From NCBI GenBank assembly GCA_020184695.1, contig JAANOX010000253.1, forward strand, positions 248,001 to 312,000: DNA of 64,000 nucleotides. The letters are read 5' to 3'. This DNA comes from Histomonas meleagridis 2922-C6/04-290x (Eukaryota; Protista; Parabasalia). Below, piece after piece: positions 11,430 to 22,761 of this stretch. The notes under the pieces are model-generated. The model made no database searches. It saw only the letters and a program-made list of their open reading frames with translations, and had not been told where the DNA came from. Both the position numbers and the translations under genes were made by a program. Positions within the stretch are counted from its first letter, which is position 1. The number at the start of each line of letters is the position of its first letter.

Positions 11430-11801
11430 AAAGAGTAAAAATACATCGAATGAATTCTTTTGAATGTGCAAAGCGAAGAAACAGTTTGCTGTGTGTTGGA
11501 TATGACTGCGAACGGATTCGTGAAACAAAACGCATATTCAGCTTTATGAGGAAAATTACCATTCTGATCAATGCTCAGTTAGCTGGCTGATATATATAAA
11601 ATTTCTTGAAGATTGACATTACTTGAGTGTGAAAACTTCTATCGTTGAGTATCGTTCATTTTTTCTTGAAAAACCGATCGCCCGGTGGGAAATAAAGTTA
11701 TGAAAATTTTCAGTAGCGTATTGAATAGTTTACATAAAAAATGGTGTTCACCGAGTGTTTGAATTCCGGTGAGAAACTCCTATAAGTAATCATTTTTTAT
11801 A

Positions 11802-12230
11802 ATGTCAGAAACACAAAAGGCACAAAGTGTATCGAATATGGAAGATGCAATCCGTGATCGTCTTGTCAATGGATTCAAGAACTGGAATGGAGGATATGAT
11901 GGTTGGCTAGAATGGTGCAACACATTGTATGAACCAGATGCACACTATAATGTGTATGGTCACCGATTAACATTACAACAATATAAAGATATGATGGGAC
12001 AACTTTTCCAACATTACACCATGGAATTGGGTGAATTCGACAATATGATTATTAAGGATGATTGGGCAGCAATACGTTATAGCGTTAAAGTCAAAAATCT
12101 TGATACGAATGAAGAAATCTTACAACACACAATGGAATTTGTTAACTTTAAACAAAATCCAGATCCCATAGGTGTACGCGTTGTTGAAGGTTGGGCTCTT
12201 TCTGACAGTCCTCTTTCTGCTAAGCACTAA
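11802..12230 (+). CDS. SnoaL/NTF2-like fold protein (bacterial type)
   Basis: 142 aa; LYEPDAHY, MIIKDDWAAIRY and MEFVNF are consistent with the SnoaL-like ester cyclase family. Confidence 0.6.
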   Translation: MSETQKAQSVSNMEDAIRDRLVNGFKNWNGGYDGWLEWCNTLYEPDAHYNVYGHRLTLQQYKDMMGQLFQHYTMELGEFDNMIIKDDWAAIRYSVKVKNLDTNEEILQHTMEFVNFKQNPDPIGVRVVEGWALSDSPLSAKH

Positions 12231-12428
12231 ACAAAACCTTTCAAACATTTTACTTTTATCAAATGTGCAGCAAGCTTTTATTAAACACCTCAATATCGGT
12301 GTCTCTTGAACATTGGTTAATTTTATATTGATAATTGCTTGATGAAATTGCATTATCAATTTTTCACTAACTATATAAAATCATTTTTCCAGTTAAAAAT
12401 AAGAGCAAAAATAAAAGCAAAGTGACTT

Positions 12429-12842
12429 TTAGTTAATTGGTACGGACCTTGGTAAGGATTGCAAGTTTGCCATATCATAGAAATCGCAAGCTCCTTCGAT
12501 GTAAAAGACAGTGAGAACTGGGTTGGTTGCATCCTTGTAAAGTGGAATAAGATCTGGCATTACAACAAAGATCTTTTCTTTGGCAGCTTGATCATTGATC
12601 CAGTGGACGACACCATGAATTCTGCACCATTTACCGCTTTTATCATTATAAGAGCAAATTTCAATGTTTGGATTTTTGCTAAGTTCAGCATAAAACTTTT
12701 TTGTTGAAGATGTGCAGAAGCAAATATGACCTTTGTAATCCATAACAAATGAAAAAGGACGAACACGAGGTTTGTTTTCTGCATCAACAGTGGCTACATG
12801 GAAAGCAGGAGAAGATCTAAGAAATTCGATTATTTCTTCCAT
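12429..12842 (-). CDS. Pyridoxamine 5'-phosphate oxidase-like FMN-binding split-barrel protein (bacterial type)
   Basis: FHVATVDAENKPRVRPF, FCTSSTKKFYAELSKNPNIEIC; ATG at 12842. Confidence 0.85.
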   Translation of the reverse strand: MEEIIEFLRSSPAFHVATVDAENKPRVRPFSFVMDYKGHICFCTSSTKKFYAELSKNPNIEICSYNDKSGKWCRIHGVVHWINDQAAKEKIFVVMPDLIPLYKDATNPVLTVFYIEGACDFYDMANLQSLPRSVPIN

Positions 12843-13255
12843 TAAAATGAAGTGACCATATAATTGTTTGAGAGAAAGCAACACAATTTTTCAAAGGATA
12901 CGACGATTTTTTTTAGAATCAAAATATTTGATTTTTTAGATAAAGATGAATAAATTTAATTTTACATTTTTATTTAATTTATCAATGTATATATTAAAAT
13001 AAAATAAATTATTCATAAAATCAAAAGTGTGTATTTTTTAGAGCATTTTTTATCCTTAAAAACACAAACTGTTCAAAACTTTTCAAAGATAAACCGTTTT
13101 ACATAAATGTTCAAATCGTTGGCCGATCATAGAATTTTTTGTGGGGGATATATTCAAAAAGTTGAATTCTTTTTTGCGTTGATTTCACAAATTTGTGTAA
13201 TACACATTGATTTTTTAATGATATGAAATTTCATATCAACAATTCAAGTATTTAT

Positions 13256-14326
13256 TTAACAACATGTTGTATCAACTAAATTTTCAAAGCCACTCGATAT
13301 TTCAAAAATATCGTCTGTTAATGGGGAAATTAATTCAACCATCATGTTTTGAGAATCAATTAACCACTTAGGGATAATAACTCTTCTTTTTTGTATCTCC
13401 ATCTCAGATAACAAAGGAATTTCATTAAATTGTAATTTGTAATCCTCTGTTATTGATACAGTAGCTGCATGATTTTTTAACCCGCAGTAATCTGAATTAC
13501 TAAAAACAGTGCAGCATTTTTTGCATTCGCCGAATGGGAAATCAAATCCGTTCTGACAAAATTCATGTGATCTAATTAGCATTTTCAAGTTATTTAAGTT
13601 AAGGAAATTTTCAAGTGCTTTTAACCCAAACAATTGTCCTGCACCTCTCTTGCTTGGGAAAAAGCATGTTACTAAATTACTTGGATCACTCCAAACAATA
13701 TCTGTAAATATTTCATTGTCCATTTCTTCATCTGGTTTTGCAAGGTTTTGAAGGTCTTCAATTTTTTTGAGGTGCTGAGAAATTCCACCATGAACGCAAA
13801 AAATAGAATTTCCGATAATTGCAGCAAGTGGTAAGCATTGGAATATTCTCATGATTTTAAAGAAAAATACAGGAGAATATTTCCATGTACATTCTTTCAT
13901 GAAACCATAGTTCCTAGAGATATGTAAAGTTTCATGATTTCCTCGTAGAAGCCAAATTTTATCTGGAAATTTTACTTTAAGTGCAAGAAGCATTGTGAGT
14001 ACTTCAATACCATAATCACCTCTATCAATATAATCTCCTAAAAACAAATATTTTGTTTCGGGTGGATATCCTGATTTTTCGAAAATTCTGATTAAGTCAT
14101 CAATATTCCCATGTATGTCACCTACAACGGTAACCTTTGGATCAATATTTAAGACAATAGGATCATCTTTCATGACTTCAATTGCGATTGAAACAAGTTT
14201 GAGTATAGCCTCTGCTGTTACACTCTTTTGTATTTCTTGTGTTTGTCTCATTTTGTTTGTCAAAATCTTGTAAATAAGTTCATCCAAGAAACGTTCCATA
14301 TCCATCTTAAATAGCTTAACGTACAT
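13256..14326 (-). CDS. Ser/Thr protein phosphatase, PPP family
   Basis: GDIHG, GDYIDRG, LRGNHE, HGGIS, WSDP and RSHE motifs. Confidence 0.96.
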   Translation of the reverse strand: MYVKLFKMDMERFLDELIYKILTNKMRQTQEIQKSVTAEAILKLVSIAIEVMKDDPIVLNIDPKVTVVGDIHGNIDDLIRIFEKSGYPPETKYLFLGDYIDRGDYGIEVLTMLLALKVKFPDKIWLLRGNHETLHISRNYGFMKECTWKYSPVFFFKIMRIFQCLPLAAIIGNSIFCVHGGISQHLKKIEDLQNLAKPDEEMDNEIFTDIVWSDPSNLVTCFFPSKRGAGQLFGLKALENFLNLNNLKMLIRSHEFCQNGFDFPFGECKKCCTVFSNSDYCGLKNHAATVSITEDYKLQFNEIPLLSEMEIQKRRVIIPKWLIDSQNMMVELISPLTDDIFEISSGFENLVDTTCC

Positions 14327-14386
14327 AATTGTTTTGGCAAAAAATGAAAAAACTTTAAAAAAACAGTTAAAACAATAAAAGTATTT

Positions 14387-15727
14387 TTAATCAAACAGTT
14401 TTTTCAAGTCATTTAGTTCTTGAGTATTCTCATCATTTGTTATTGACATTGCATTTTCATCAATTTCTTGCTGCAAAATCTTAACTTTTTCCATCATTTC
14501 ATAAGCCTTCTTTTGTACTTCTGTAACTTCTTCTTCTTTTTTGATAATTATCTTTTCTAATTCATCTAATTCCTTACGTTTTTTATCATATTCCAATTGT
14601 CTTTGTTTAAGTGTTTCTCTTCTTTGATTTAAACTTTTTTCTTGTTGTATTAATTCTTCTTTTTTGTCATTTAATTTCGTTTCTTTTTCATTTGTAGAAG
14701 TTTTCTTTTGTTCTATTTGCTTAACATCATCATTTTGTAAATCTAACTTATGTTTTAGTCGTTCGATTTCTTTATCAAGATCTTCACCTTCAATTTCATA
14801 TGTTTCTTTTTCTGTGTTTAGTTGATTTAACTTATTCAAATATTCTTCAGAATCTCTTTTTTCTTCTTCTAATTCTTTTTGCTTTTTTTCAAGTTCATTA
14901 ATGTTATCTTTCATTTTTTTAATTTCTGCTAAAATTGGTTCTTTCGATAATTCGAATTCTTTCATTTTATTACTTAGTTGTTCTCTTTGTTTCTCTAATT
15001 CTTCTTTGTGTTGCCTTTGTTGATCTAGAAAATCATAATCAATTTCCGAAATACTTTGTTTAAGTTTATTTGCTTCCTCTTTTGATTTTTGCTCAAGTTG
15101 GACTTCTTCTTCCTCGAGTTCAGATAATTTAACGATCTTATTTTCCAGTTCTTTGCTTTTTATATCAATTTCATTTGATTCATCTGTTAATCCTTTGTTC
15201 TTCATTTCGTTTTGTTGAAGTAATGAACGTGCTGATTGAAGTTGCTTATTAGCTTTTTTAATTTGTTTAGGTGTTGGATGGTTTTCCATTTTTGTTTGCA
15301 TTTTTTTGACTTCTGACTCTATTTGTTTAATGTAATTTTCTTCTTCTGTCAAATCTAAAATTGGCTCTGATAATTGTTGACGCGATTTTTGATAACGTTG
15401 TTCAAGCTTATGTTGATAGTCAGTTAATTTTGGCGCTACTGTGAGCATAGATGATATTGTATTTGATGTTTTTTGATAGCTGAGAATACTTTTTTGTTTT
15501 AATTTTCTCAAACCTTCTGCTCTTTTATAAAATGCTTGAAGTTCAAGGAGAAATTCTTCTTCTCTTTGACTTAAATCATTATCTTGATCCAAAAGTTTGG
15601 AATTAAAAACAGGCATTTTCAAAGGAGAAGATGGAGAAACGAATACCTGTGTTTTGTTTTTTCCTTTTTGCGGGGAGCTTCTCATTTCATATTTATTGTA
15701 TTTCCTTGTTTTTGGCTTGGAGCTCAT
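14387..15727 (-). CDS. Coiled-coil protein
   Basis: 446-aa E/K/Q-rich heptad-like ORF. Confidence 0.8.
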   Translation of the reverse strand: MSSKPKTRKYNKYEMRSSPQKGKNKTQVFVSPSSPLKMPVFNSKLLDQDNDLSQREEEFLLELQAFYKRAEGLRKLKQKSILSYQKTSNTISSMLTVAPKLTDYQHKLEQRYQKSRQQLSEPILDLTEEENYIKQIESEVKKMQTKMENHPTPKQIKKANKQLQSARSLLQQNEMKNKGLTDESNEIDIKSKELENKIVKLSELEEEEVQLEQKSKEEANKLKQSISEIDYDFLDQQRQHKEELEKQREQLSNKMKEFELSKEPILAEIKKMKDNINELEKKQKELEEEKRDSEEYLNKLNQLNTEKETYEIEGEDLDKEIERLKHKLDLQNDDVKQIEQKKTSTNEKETKLNDKKEELIQQEKSLNQRRETLKQRQLEYDKKRKELDELEKIIIKKEEEVTEVQKKAYEMMEKVKILQQEIDENAMSITNDENTQELNDLKKLFD

Positions 15728-16444
15728 TTAGAACGCTTAACGTACGTTTGATGAACAAACGTTAATAATGGCGCCCGTTATAACTATTTAACGTTTTACA
15801 CACGAACTTTTTCGAAATTTGTTCAAAAGTGTAACGTTGATTTGATTTTTGGAAACAGGTTGTTCGAACAATTTTTCGTTCAAGCTTGACGAAACTGAAC
15901 TATGAATAAGTATTAAATGAAATGGCTTCGGTGTCATAAGTAATTCCAATATTATTCGGACAGTAAATTACAAGTCTTCGAAATTTCATTGTGATAATGG
16001 AATCAACACTACTGATAATTTTATACGATTCGAATTAAATCGTTGAAATAAATACTTAAACTCTTTTCTAATATATTGATCTTATTACTTCTTGTCATTT
16101 TTTTCAAAAATGTAATTTAGATCGTGCAATAGCAATGCATTGCGAAAAACGAAATCGTTTCAAACATTGTATTTTCATTTTAATGATATCTCATAATTAA
16201 CCCACACTTGAAACCAAAATTCCAATCAGTTCGAACTGAAACAGTTGCAATTTTACAGAATTCCGCTTTAAAATCAGGATTTTGATTGAATAGTTTATTT
16301 CACCTGTTTTCTCTATCAGCGGTTTTTTTCAGAAAAATTTTGTGCCAGAGTGCATGTGAACCGTTCGAATGAATAAATTGTCGGCCAAGCCACCTCGCAT
16401 TCAATTTTTGTGACATCCTATTCAATTCGTTATCTACCAAATCA

Positions 16445-18775
16445 ATGTTTGTTGCTTTGTTTATCTTAGCAACTAAATGCGACACAGACACTTTGAATAT
16501 AGCCAATCAACCAAAGGTTCTTCAAGACACCTATTATGGTTTTAAAGATAAAATCAAATATCTAATTATATCTGAAGGAGTCTTTTCAATTGATTCTAAA
16601 GCTTTTTACAATTGGAAACTTTTAAGTGATGTAAAAATTGGTAATTCTGTTACTTACATCGGCGAACGATCATTTGAATCTTGCTCTAATTTAATATCTG
16701 TTACTCTTGGAAATAATATCGTAACAATTGACAATTACTCTTTTTGTGAGTGCCGAAACTTAGCAAACATTACAATTCCTAACTCAGTTACTACAATTGG
16801 ATTAAGATCTTTTCTTAGATGTTCAAATCTTAAGTCAGTTGTAATTGGAGAAAATGTCAAAGAGTTACCAAAAAGCGTATTTTGCGAATGCTATAAACTC
16901 GCAAAAGTCATTATTCCAAATTCAGTCAAATCACTTGGAAGCGGCACTTTTTCTCTTTGTACCAATTTAAATGAAGCTAACATTGGAACAAGTGTAGTCA
17001 CCATCAGTAGATATTCATTTTTCTCCTGTGAAAAACTTACCAGCATCAAAATTCCAGATTCAGTCACATATATTGGCGACAATTCATTCTTTGAATGCAC
17101 CAGATTAACGACAGTTATAATAGGCAAAAATGTTCTTGAAATTGGACATAATGCATTTGATAGTTGTTTTGTATTATCACAACTTGAATTAGGCGAAAAT
17201 CTAAAAATAATTGGAAACGAATCATTTTCTCGATGTATTAATTTGAAAGAAATTACAATTCCAAAATCAGTTACTGAAATTGGAGAAATTGCATTTGGTT
17301 ATTGTTCTGGATTAGAAGCAATTACAATTAATGAAAACTTAAATAAATTAGGACAAAAAGCGTTCTATAAATGCCATAAATTAACAAGTTTCGAAATTCC
17401 ATCTTTAGTTACATCAATTGAAAGCATGACATTTGAATATTGCTCGAACTTAAAGACAATAACGATTGGTGCCAAAGTAACAACAATTGGTAATTATGCA
17501 TTTTATGAATGTTCAAGTTTAACAAATGTAATAATTCCAAATTCTGTAACCAGTATCTATAAATATGCATTTGCATATTGTTATAATTTAGAAAACATTG
17601 AAATTGGTGAAAATGTTGAAACAATTTATGAATCTGTATTTCAACATTGTCATAACTTAAAGAAAGTCAAACTTCCAAATTTAGTTAATGTAATTAATTC
17701 CAACACATTTTATTATTGTTCTAATTTAGTTACAATAATTATTGGTAATGATATAACAAAAATTGGGAAATCTGCTTTTAATAGTTGTATTAAATTATCT
17801 AATTTCACATTTCCAAATACATTAACAACAATTGAAGATATGGCATTTTATAATTGTTCTAAACTTACAACAATTACAATCGGAAAGAACATTAATTCAA
17901 TCGGAGAATCAGTATTTGCATTATGTGAATCATTACAATCATTAAAAGTTTCATCAGATAACACACATTATTCCAATTATAATGATGATGGAATTCTTTA
18001 CAATAAGAATACATCGACTATTATATGTTATCCATCAGGAAAAACTAATGATAATTATGAATTCCCTTCAACAATTGTTAAGATTAGTAATAATGTATTT
18101 GCTTATTCGAAGCTTAAAGATATTAAAATGACAGATTCTATTACAATGTTTAATGAAAGAGCATTTTATCAATGTTCAAACTTAGAAAATATTACATTTT
18201 CTAATTCTCTTGAAACAATTGATAAAGAAGCATTTTATGGCTGCATAAACTTAAGAAGCATTATAATTCCTGAAGCTACATCTGTAATTGGCGCATATGC
18301 ATTTTCGAAATGTTCAAATCTTAAATCCATTTTATTGAATGGAAATGTTTCGATAATTGACGATTATGCATTTAATGATTGTAATGAACTTATATGTATA
18401 TATTATAATGGTTTAATCGAACCTAAATTCGGAAGAAATGTTTTTACTAATGTAATTGCTTCAGTGAATGTAAATGAGCAATATAAAGGTACAAAATTCG
18501 GTACATTAAACATAAGTCGTGGTGAATTAATAGCTTGTAACATAATGAAAACAAAAGAAAATAAGTCAAACTTTGGTTTGATTGTTATAATTGTTGTATC
18601 AGTTGTTATTGTACTTGTTGTGGTTGTTGTTGTTGCTATAATATTAATTAAGAAACTAAAGTCAAATATTGAAGTAACCGATGCTCAATTCAATGTCGGA
18701 TTGAATGAGGAAGCCGTTATCGGGGAACCGTTAAAGGACGATGAAACGACAAATAATACTTTGTATACTAATTAA
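16445..18775 (+). CDS. BspA-like (TpLRR/LRR_5) surface protein with C-terminal TM helix
   Basis: Many 23-aa repeats (IPNSVTTIG..AF..C..L..I.), TM FGLIVIIVVSVVIVLVVVVVVAIILI, tail ending NTLYTN. Confidence 0.93.
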   Translation: MFVALFILATKCDTDTLNIANQPKVLQDTYYGFKDKIKYLIISEGVFSIDSKAFYNWKLLSDVKIGNSVTYIGERSFESCSNLISVTLGNNIVTIDNYSFCECRNLANITIPNSVTTIGLRSFLRCSNLKSVVIGENVKELPKSVFCECYKLAKVIIPNSVKSLGSGTFSLCTNLNEANIGTSVVTISRYSFFSCEKLTSIKIPDSVTYIGDNSFFECTRLTTVIIGKNVLEIGHNAFDSCFVLSQLELGENLKIIGNESFSRCINLKEITIPKSVTEIGEIAFGYCSGLEAITINENLNKLGQKAFYKCHKLTSFEIPSLVTSIESMTFEYCSNLKTITIGAKVTTIGNYAFYECSSLTNVIIPNSVTSIYKYAFAYCYNLENIEIGENVETIYESVFQHCHNLKKVKLPNLVNVINSNTFYYCSNLVTIIIGNDITKIGKSAFNSCIKLSNFTFPNTLTTIEDMAFYNCSKLTTITIGKNINSIGESVFALCESLQSLKVSSDNTHYSNYNDDGILYNKNTSTIICYPSGKTNDNYEFPSTIVKISNNVFAYSKLKDIKMTDSITMFNERAFYQCSNLENITFSNSLETIDKEAFYGCINLRSIIIPEATSVIGAYAFSKCSNLKSILLNGNVSIIDDYAFNDCNELICIYYNGLIEPKFGRNVFTNVIASVNVNEQYKGTKFGTLNISRGELIACNIMKTKENKSNFGLIVIIVVSVVIVLVVVVVVAIILIKKLKSNIEVTDAQFNVGLNEEAVIGEPLKDDETTNNTLYTN

Positions 18776-18995
18776 TATATAACCTACAAATAAATATATA
18801 ATATAAAACTGTTTTAATAATGCGGAATATAATAAAACTTTGTATGTATTATAATTTTTCTTTTTTTCATTGTTAGTGAATCTATCATTAAATTGTTTTC
18901 AGAGTAAAACTTATTATCGCATTTGTAATAAGAAATAACGTCATGAAATTAAAATAATTGATTCTTAAAGTAAAATAATATGATGAAAAATATTT

Positions 18996-19364
18996 TTATT
19001 GTGAAGAAAATAATGTATTGGTTATTGTCCACGTCAAAACAAATGCAAAGTAACATGGAAGCATGCCTTCAAATATAACTCCATTTCCATTTCCAAAAAT
19101 TCTATCTACATCAACATTTAAAGCACCTGAAACATAGAATTGCATAACAACCGGAACAGCAATATAAATCAAATTGCCAATTGCCCCTTGGATACGAATT
19201 ATTCCAACAATCAAACCAACAATGATGCTTAATATGAGTTTTGTCCAATAAATAGCAAGACTAAGATTTTTCTTTTCCCATGGTCCTTTTTTAGTTATGA
19301 GGCGAGTTACTAAAGAAATTGGTGATTCTTTTTTTGGTTGTTTTTGGTTGTCTTTTTCTCCCAT
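18996..19364 (-). CDS. Rab5-interacting (RAB5IF/EMC6-like) membrane protein
   Basis: W.K..L...IYW.K.I.SII.GLI.GII...G..G pattern and three hydrophobic segments. Confidence 0.7.
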   Translation of the reverse strand: MGEKDNQKQPKKESPISLVTRLITKKGPWEKKNLSLAIYWTKLILSIIVGLIVGIIRIQGAIGNLIYIAVPVVMQFYVSGALNVDVDRIFGNGNGVIFEGMLPCYFAFVLTWTITNTLFSSQ

Positions 19365-19433
19365 GAATAGCTACTGGCCAAAAAATAAAAAGTGTCGTTT
19401 TTAACTGTTATCGTAACGGTTTATTGAAACCTA

Positions 19434-19991
19434 ATGGAAACGCTCAAATCTCTTGATGGAAAGCAAATGAAAGATTTACTTCTTCAGACCTTAGCTTGGC
19501 GTGTAGGAGATATGCCAGATCTTCCTGCTAAGTTATCTCAAACTTATTCTTTGAAACAATATGAAGCATACCAATTAATTGAATTAATCTGTCCAGCATT
19601 AGATTACACAATCAATAACAATCCTCAGACTTCAGACGAAATTTTTAAGGATTACAAAATTCAAATTGATGGAAAAACAAAACAAATTCTTGCTGATACA
19701 GCATTTGAAAACAAAGAAAAATTCATAAGCTTTTGTGAGAAACATGTTCCATCACTTTCGCGTGTTGTTTATCATGATTGGACAATTGAAACACAAATTG
19801 CTACAGAATCACTTGGTAGAATCGCACGTCCAATAGCATCAATAACTTTGAGAATCCAGCCAGAATCAGAAGGAAAACAATTACTTCCTCCTTTGCGAAG
19901 TGTTTCAATGAAATTAGCAAAAGATATGATTGACGCTCTTAGCTCAGGATTTGATCGTCTTCAAAACCAACTTAGTAAAATCATTAAGTAA
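19434..19991 (+). CDS. COMM-domain protein
   Basis: C-terminal VVYHDWTIETQIATESLGRIARPIASITLRI matches the COMM-domain W-x-I...S...P pattern. Confidence 0.75.
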   Translation: METLKSLDGKQMKDLLLQTLAWRVGDMPDLPAKLSQTYSLKQYEAYQLIELICPALDYTINNNPQTSDEIFKDYKIQIDGKTKQILADTAFENKEKFISFCEKHVPSLSRVVYHDWTIETQIATESLGRIARPIASITLRIQPESEGKQLLPPLRSVSMKLAKDMIDALSSGFDRLQNQLSKIIK

Positions 19992-20175
19992 TTCGAAAAA
20001 GTAATTTTTTTTAAGATTATTTATGCAATTAAATCTTAAATTTTTTTTTCATATTAATAGTTAACTATTCTCAGTGTTATGTTACAAACACATTTGGCTA
20101 AATGCATTGTGCACCTATAGAAAGAAATTCTTTTCCAAAAAAAATTTTTTAGCTAATGGAAGACGTTTAGAATAT

Positions 20176-22611
20176 ATGAAAGATGCTTTTCATCAATTAT
20201 TAACAGCATTTACTTTATCAGACCAGAATGCAATTTGTCAATCAGAGGAAGTAATTAAAGGCAATGCAAAAAATGAAAATTTTGGTCGCTTTTTAATAGA
20301 TTTCATATATGATTCAGATACGCCACCTAATTTTAAATTATTGACATTAATTATTTATGACCGATTTGATGTTGTTCCATTTTCTGATATAATACCTAGA
20401 TTAATTCCAATGCTATCATCTAATTTAGAACAATTTAGATTCTATAGTGCCAAATTAATTGGGAAATTTCTGACCAAAGAAGAAGAAATTCAAAACATAT
20501 TTCAGCTACCACAAGAATATATACAATCCATTTTAATCATAATCACATCATTTTATGATACTCAAAAAAAAGGAATTCTCACGATATCAATGATTCAGTA
20601 CCTTATATCAATCATCAACTCACCATTACCATATAATATTAAAGTTGATGCAGCAATTTGTATGAATCATTGTTTTCCCAAAATTGAAGAAAATCTTGTA
20701 GAAATATTCAGTAATTCCATCCCATTTCAAAATATCTTTACTCAACCAGTTACACCGGAAAATATTTTATTTTTAACCAAATTTTTCCGCTTTTGTTACA
20801 AAACTGTTTCCAAGGCCGATAGCTATCGTATTTGTATTTTTTATCTTTCACAAACATGTGAACATTTATTAAATGATTCATTTCCAGAAATAGATTTACT
20901 ATTTAATTTTATTAGTAAATTAGCATTACGTGTTGAACATTTGCTTGATATTGGATTTAAAGAATTTGATGTTTCCGAATTAGCAAGGATATTAGTATTA
21001 AATTGTATTTTAACAAATCAGCAAATTATTTCATGGAAAAATAATATCGAATTATTTATCAATGATAATTTTGTTGATGATGAATATTGCGATGATGATG
21101 ACAGTGATCATTTACCACAAAAAATTTGTTTAAAAATTTTACAAAAAAATTATTATTTAGTTGATGAAACAATAAACTTTTGTTGTTCGATTGTAAATTT
21201 ATCACCGAAACATCAAGAAGTTGCATTTAATATTATATCCAATATATTACCGAAAGATCATATTTATGATTTATATTTTCCATTAACTTTTCCGGATCCT
21301 ATAATTATTGGTCGATATATGACTTGCACATCAATACTTAATAAAGAAATCGATATTGATTTAATTGAAGGATCATTAAATTCCGATAATTTCATATTAC
21401 CTATTTTTGTAGCTGATGTTATAACTGATACTAAATCTGATAAATATGATAAATATCTTTTACCAACATTTAATAAGTTATGCTCCATGATAACAATGTT
21501 TGAGACTGATTCTCTTCAATATTTTATTAATATTTTAGAACATTTAATAGCTCATAATCCTTTAGAATTTATTAATGTATATCCTGAAATAATACAATTT
21601 TTCTTAAATATAATTCCAACATTTTATGGTTATCCTTCAATTAGAATTGTAATAATTGAGTTAATTACATTATTTATTAAAATTCCTCAAGCAATTATAA
21701 TAATACAACAAATTTGTTTTCCATTTATTTCAATGTTTTTAAATTCTCTTGAGTTATGTGAAAGTGGATTTGATTTGTTGGAAGGTATTCTAATTGGTAA
21801 TGAACCACCGATATTAATTGAAGAAACAAATCAAATATTTAAATCTTTTTATAATATAATAAACGTATATCCATTATTTAGAGAAACTTCAAAATCTGTT
21901 TTTAATCTTGTTGCTTATTTTACAAGAAATATAATCGAATCAAGAATACCATTATTAAAATGGTATATTTTATGTTTAAGTGATGTAAGTATTGATAGTT
22001 CCTTGTTTAATTATATGACAACTGTTGTAATTCATTTCGTACTTAATTGTAATGAAGGAATTGTAAATCTATTAAATTCACTTTATTCAAGAATCCGATT
22101 TTATGAATCGATATCTTATGCAGTTAATTTTGTCGTGACAATATCTTCATTGATTTTATTAAATAAAGAAAAGGCAATAAGTCTTATCGAGGAATCAGGA
22201 ATAGGTTTTAATAACGTTTTAAATCATATTGGTAATGTGAGTAATATAATTGGCGATATGAACTTTTTCGAACAAAAAATTTTATTAGCTGCAATGATGT
22301 CTTTGGGTTCAATTAAAGTTAATTTCGATGATGATGAAAAAATGTTAAGTGAAATAGCAATTGTATATTTAAATTTAATGATTTCTCCATATTTGGGTGA
22401 TGATATAAAAATAGATAATTTCGATGAGTTTTTGTTGTTGAAAGAAGAAAATAATGATGATAACCCAATTAATTCTTTCTTCATAGGTGACCCATTTTAT
22501 TTGGATCATCCATTGAAGAATATGAGCTTTTCGAATTTTGTGAAAATGTTTTTCCCGGTGATACCTGAAATATTACAATATAACTTAAATCGATTGTATA
22601 ATAAAGAATAA
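20176..22611 (+). CDS. Divergent importin-beta-like HEAT-repeat protein
   Basis: Long helical ORF with an importin-like N-terminus and acidic loop (FINDNFVDDEYCDDDDSD); ATG at 20176. Confidence 0.55.
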   Translation: MKDAFHQLLTAFTLSDQNAICQSEEVIKGNAKNENFGRFLIDFIYDSDTPPNFKLLTLIIYDRFDVVPFSDIIPRLIPMLSSNLEQFRFYSAKLIGKFLTKEEEIQNIFQLPQEYIQSILIIITSFYDTQKKGILTISMIQYLISIINSPLPYNIKVDAAICMNHCFPKIEENLVEIFSNSIPFQNIFTQPVTPENILFLTKFFRFCYKTVSKADSYRICIFYLSQTCEHLLNDSFPEIDLLFNFISKLALRVEHLLDIGFKEFDVSELARILVLNCILTNQQIISWKNNIELFINDNFVDDEYCDDDDSDHLPQKICLKILQKNYYLVDETINFCCSIVNLSPKHQEVAFNIISNILPKDHIYDLYFPLTFPDPIIIGRYMTCTSILNKEIDIDLIEGSLNSDNFILPIFVADVITDTKSDKYDKYLLPTFNKLCSMITMFETDSLQYFINILEHLIAHNPLEFINVYPEIIQFFLNIIPTFYGYPSIRIVIIELITLFIKIPQAIIIIQQICFPFISMFLNSLELCESGFDLLEGILIGNEPPILIEETNQIFKSFYNIINVYPLFRETSKSVFNLVAYFTRNIIESRIPLLKWYILCLSDVSIDSSLFNYMTTVVIHFVLNCNEGIVNLLNSLYSRIRFYESISYAVNFVVTISSLILLNKEKAISLIEESGIGFNNVLNHIGNVSNIIGDMNFFEQKILLAAMMSLGSIKVNFDDDEKMLSEIAIVYLNLMISPYLGDDIKIDNFDEFLLLKEENNDDNPINSFFIGDPFYLDHPLKNMSFSNFVKMFFPVIPEILQYNLNRLYNKE

Positions 22612-22761
22612 AAACTCCTGATTTTATTTTTAATATTTTAACTGTTGGTAACGGTTTGATTATTGTGGAAAAAAAATTGACTGAATGACTTTGAATTTTT
22701 TCAATAGAAATCGTGCAAGTTCTAAATAAAGTCATCTGCCAGTTCTTCAGGTTATCTTGGT

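Noticed and set aside
13219-13238. Perfect 20-nt palindrome TGATATGAAATTTCATATCA
   Set aside because: Mostly A/T; one such palindrome in 64 kb of this composition is plausible by chance, and no second copy was seen.
15744-15762. ACGTTTG/CAAACGT 7-bp hairpin upstream of the coiled-coil gene
   Set aside because: Short; lies among several AACG/CGTT words that are more simply read as Myb-type promoter sites.
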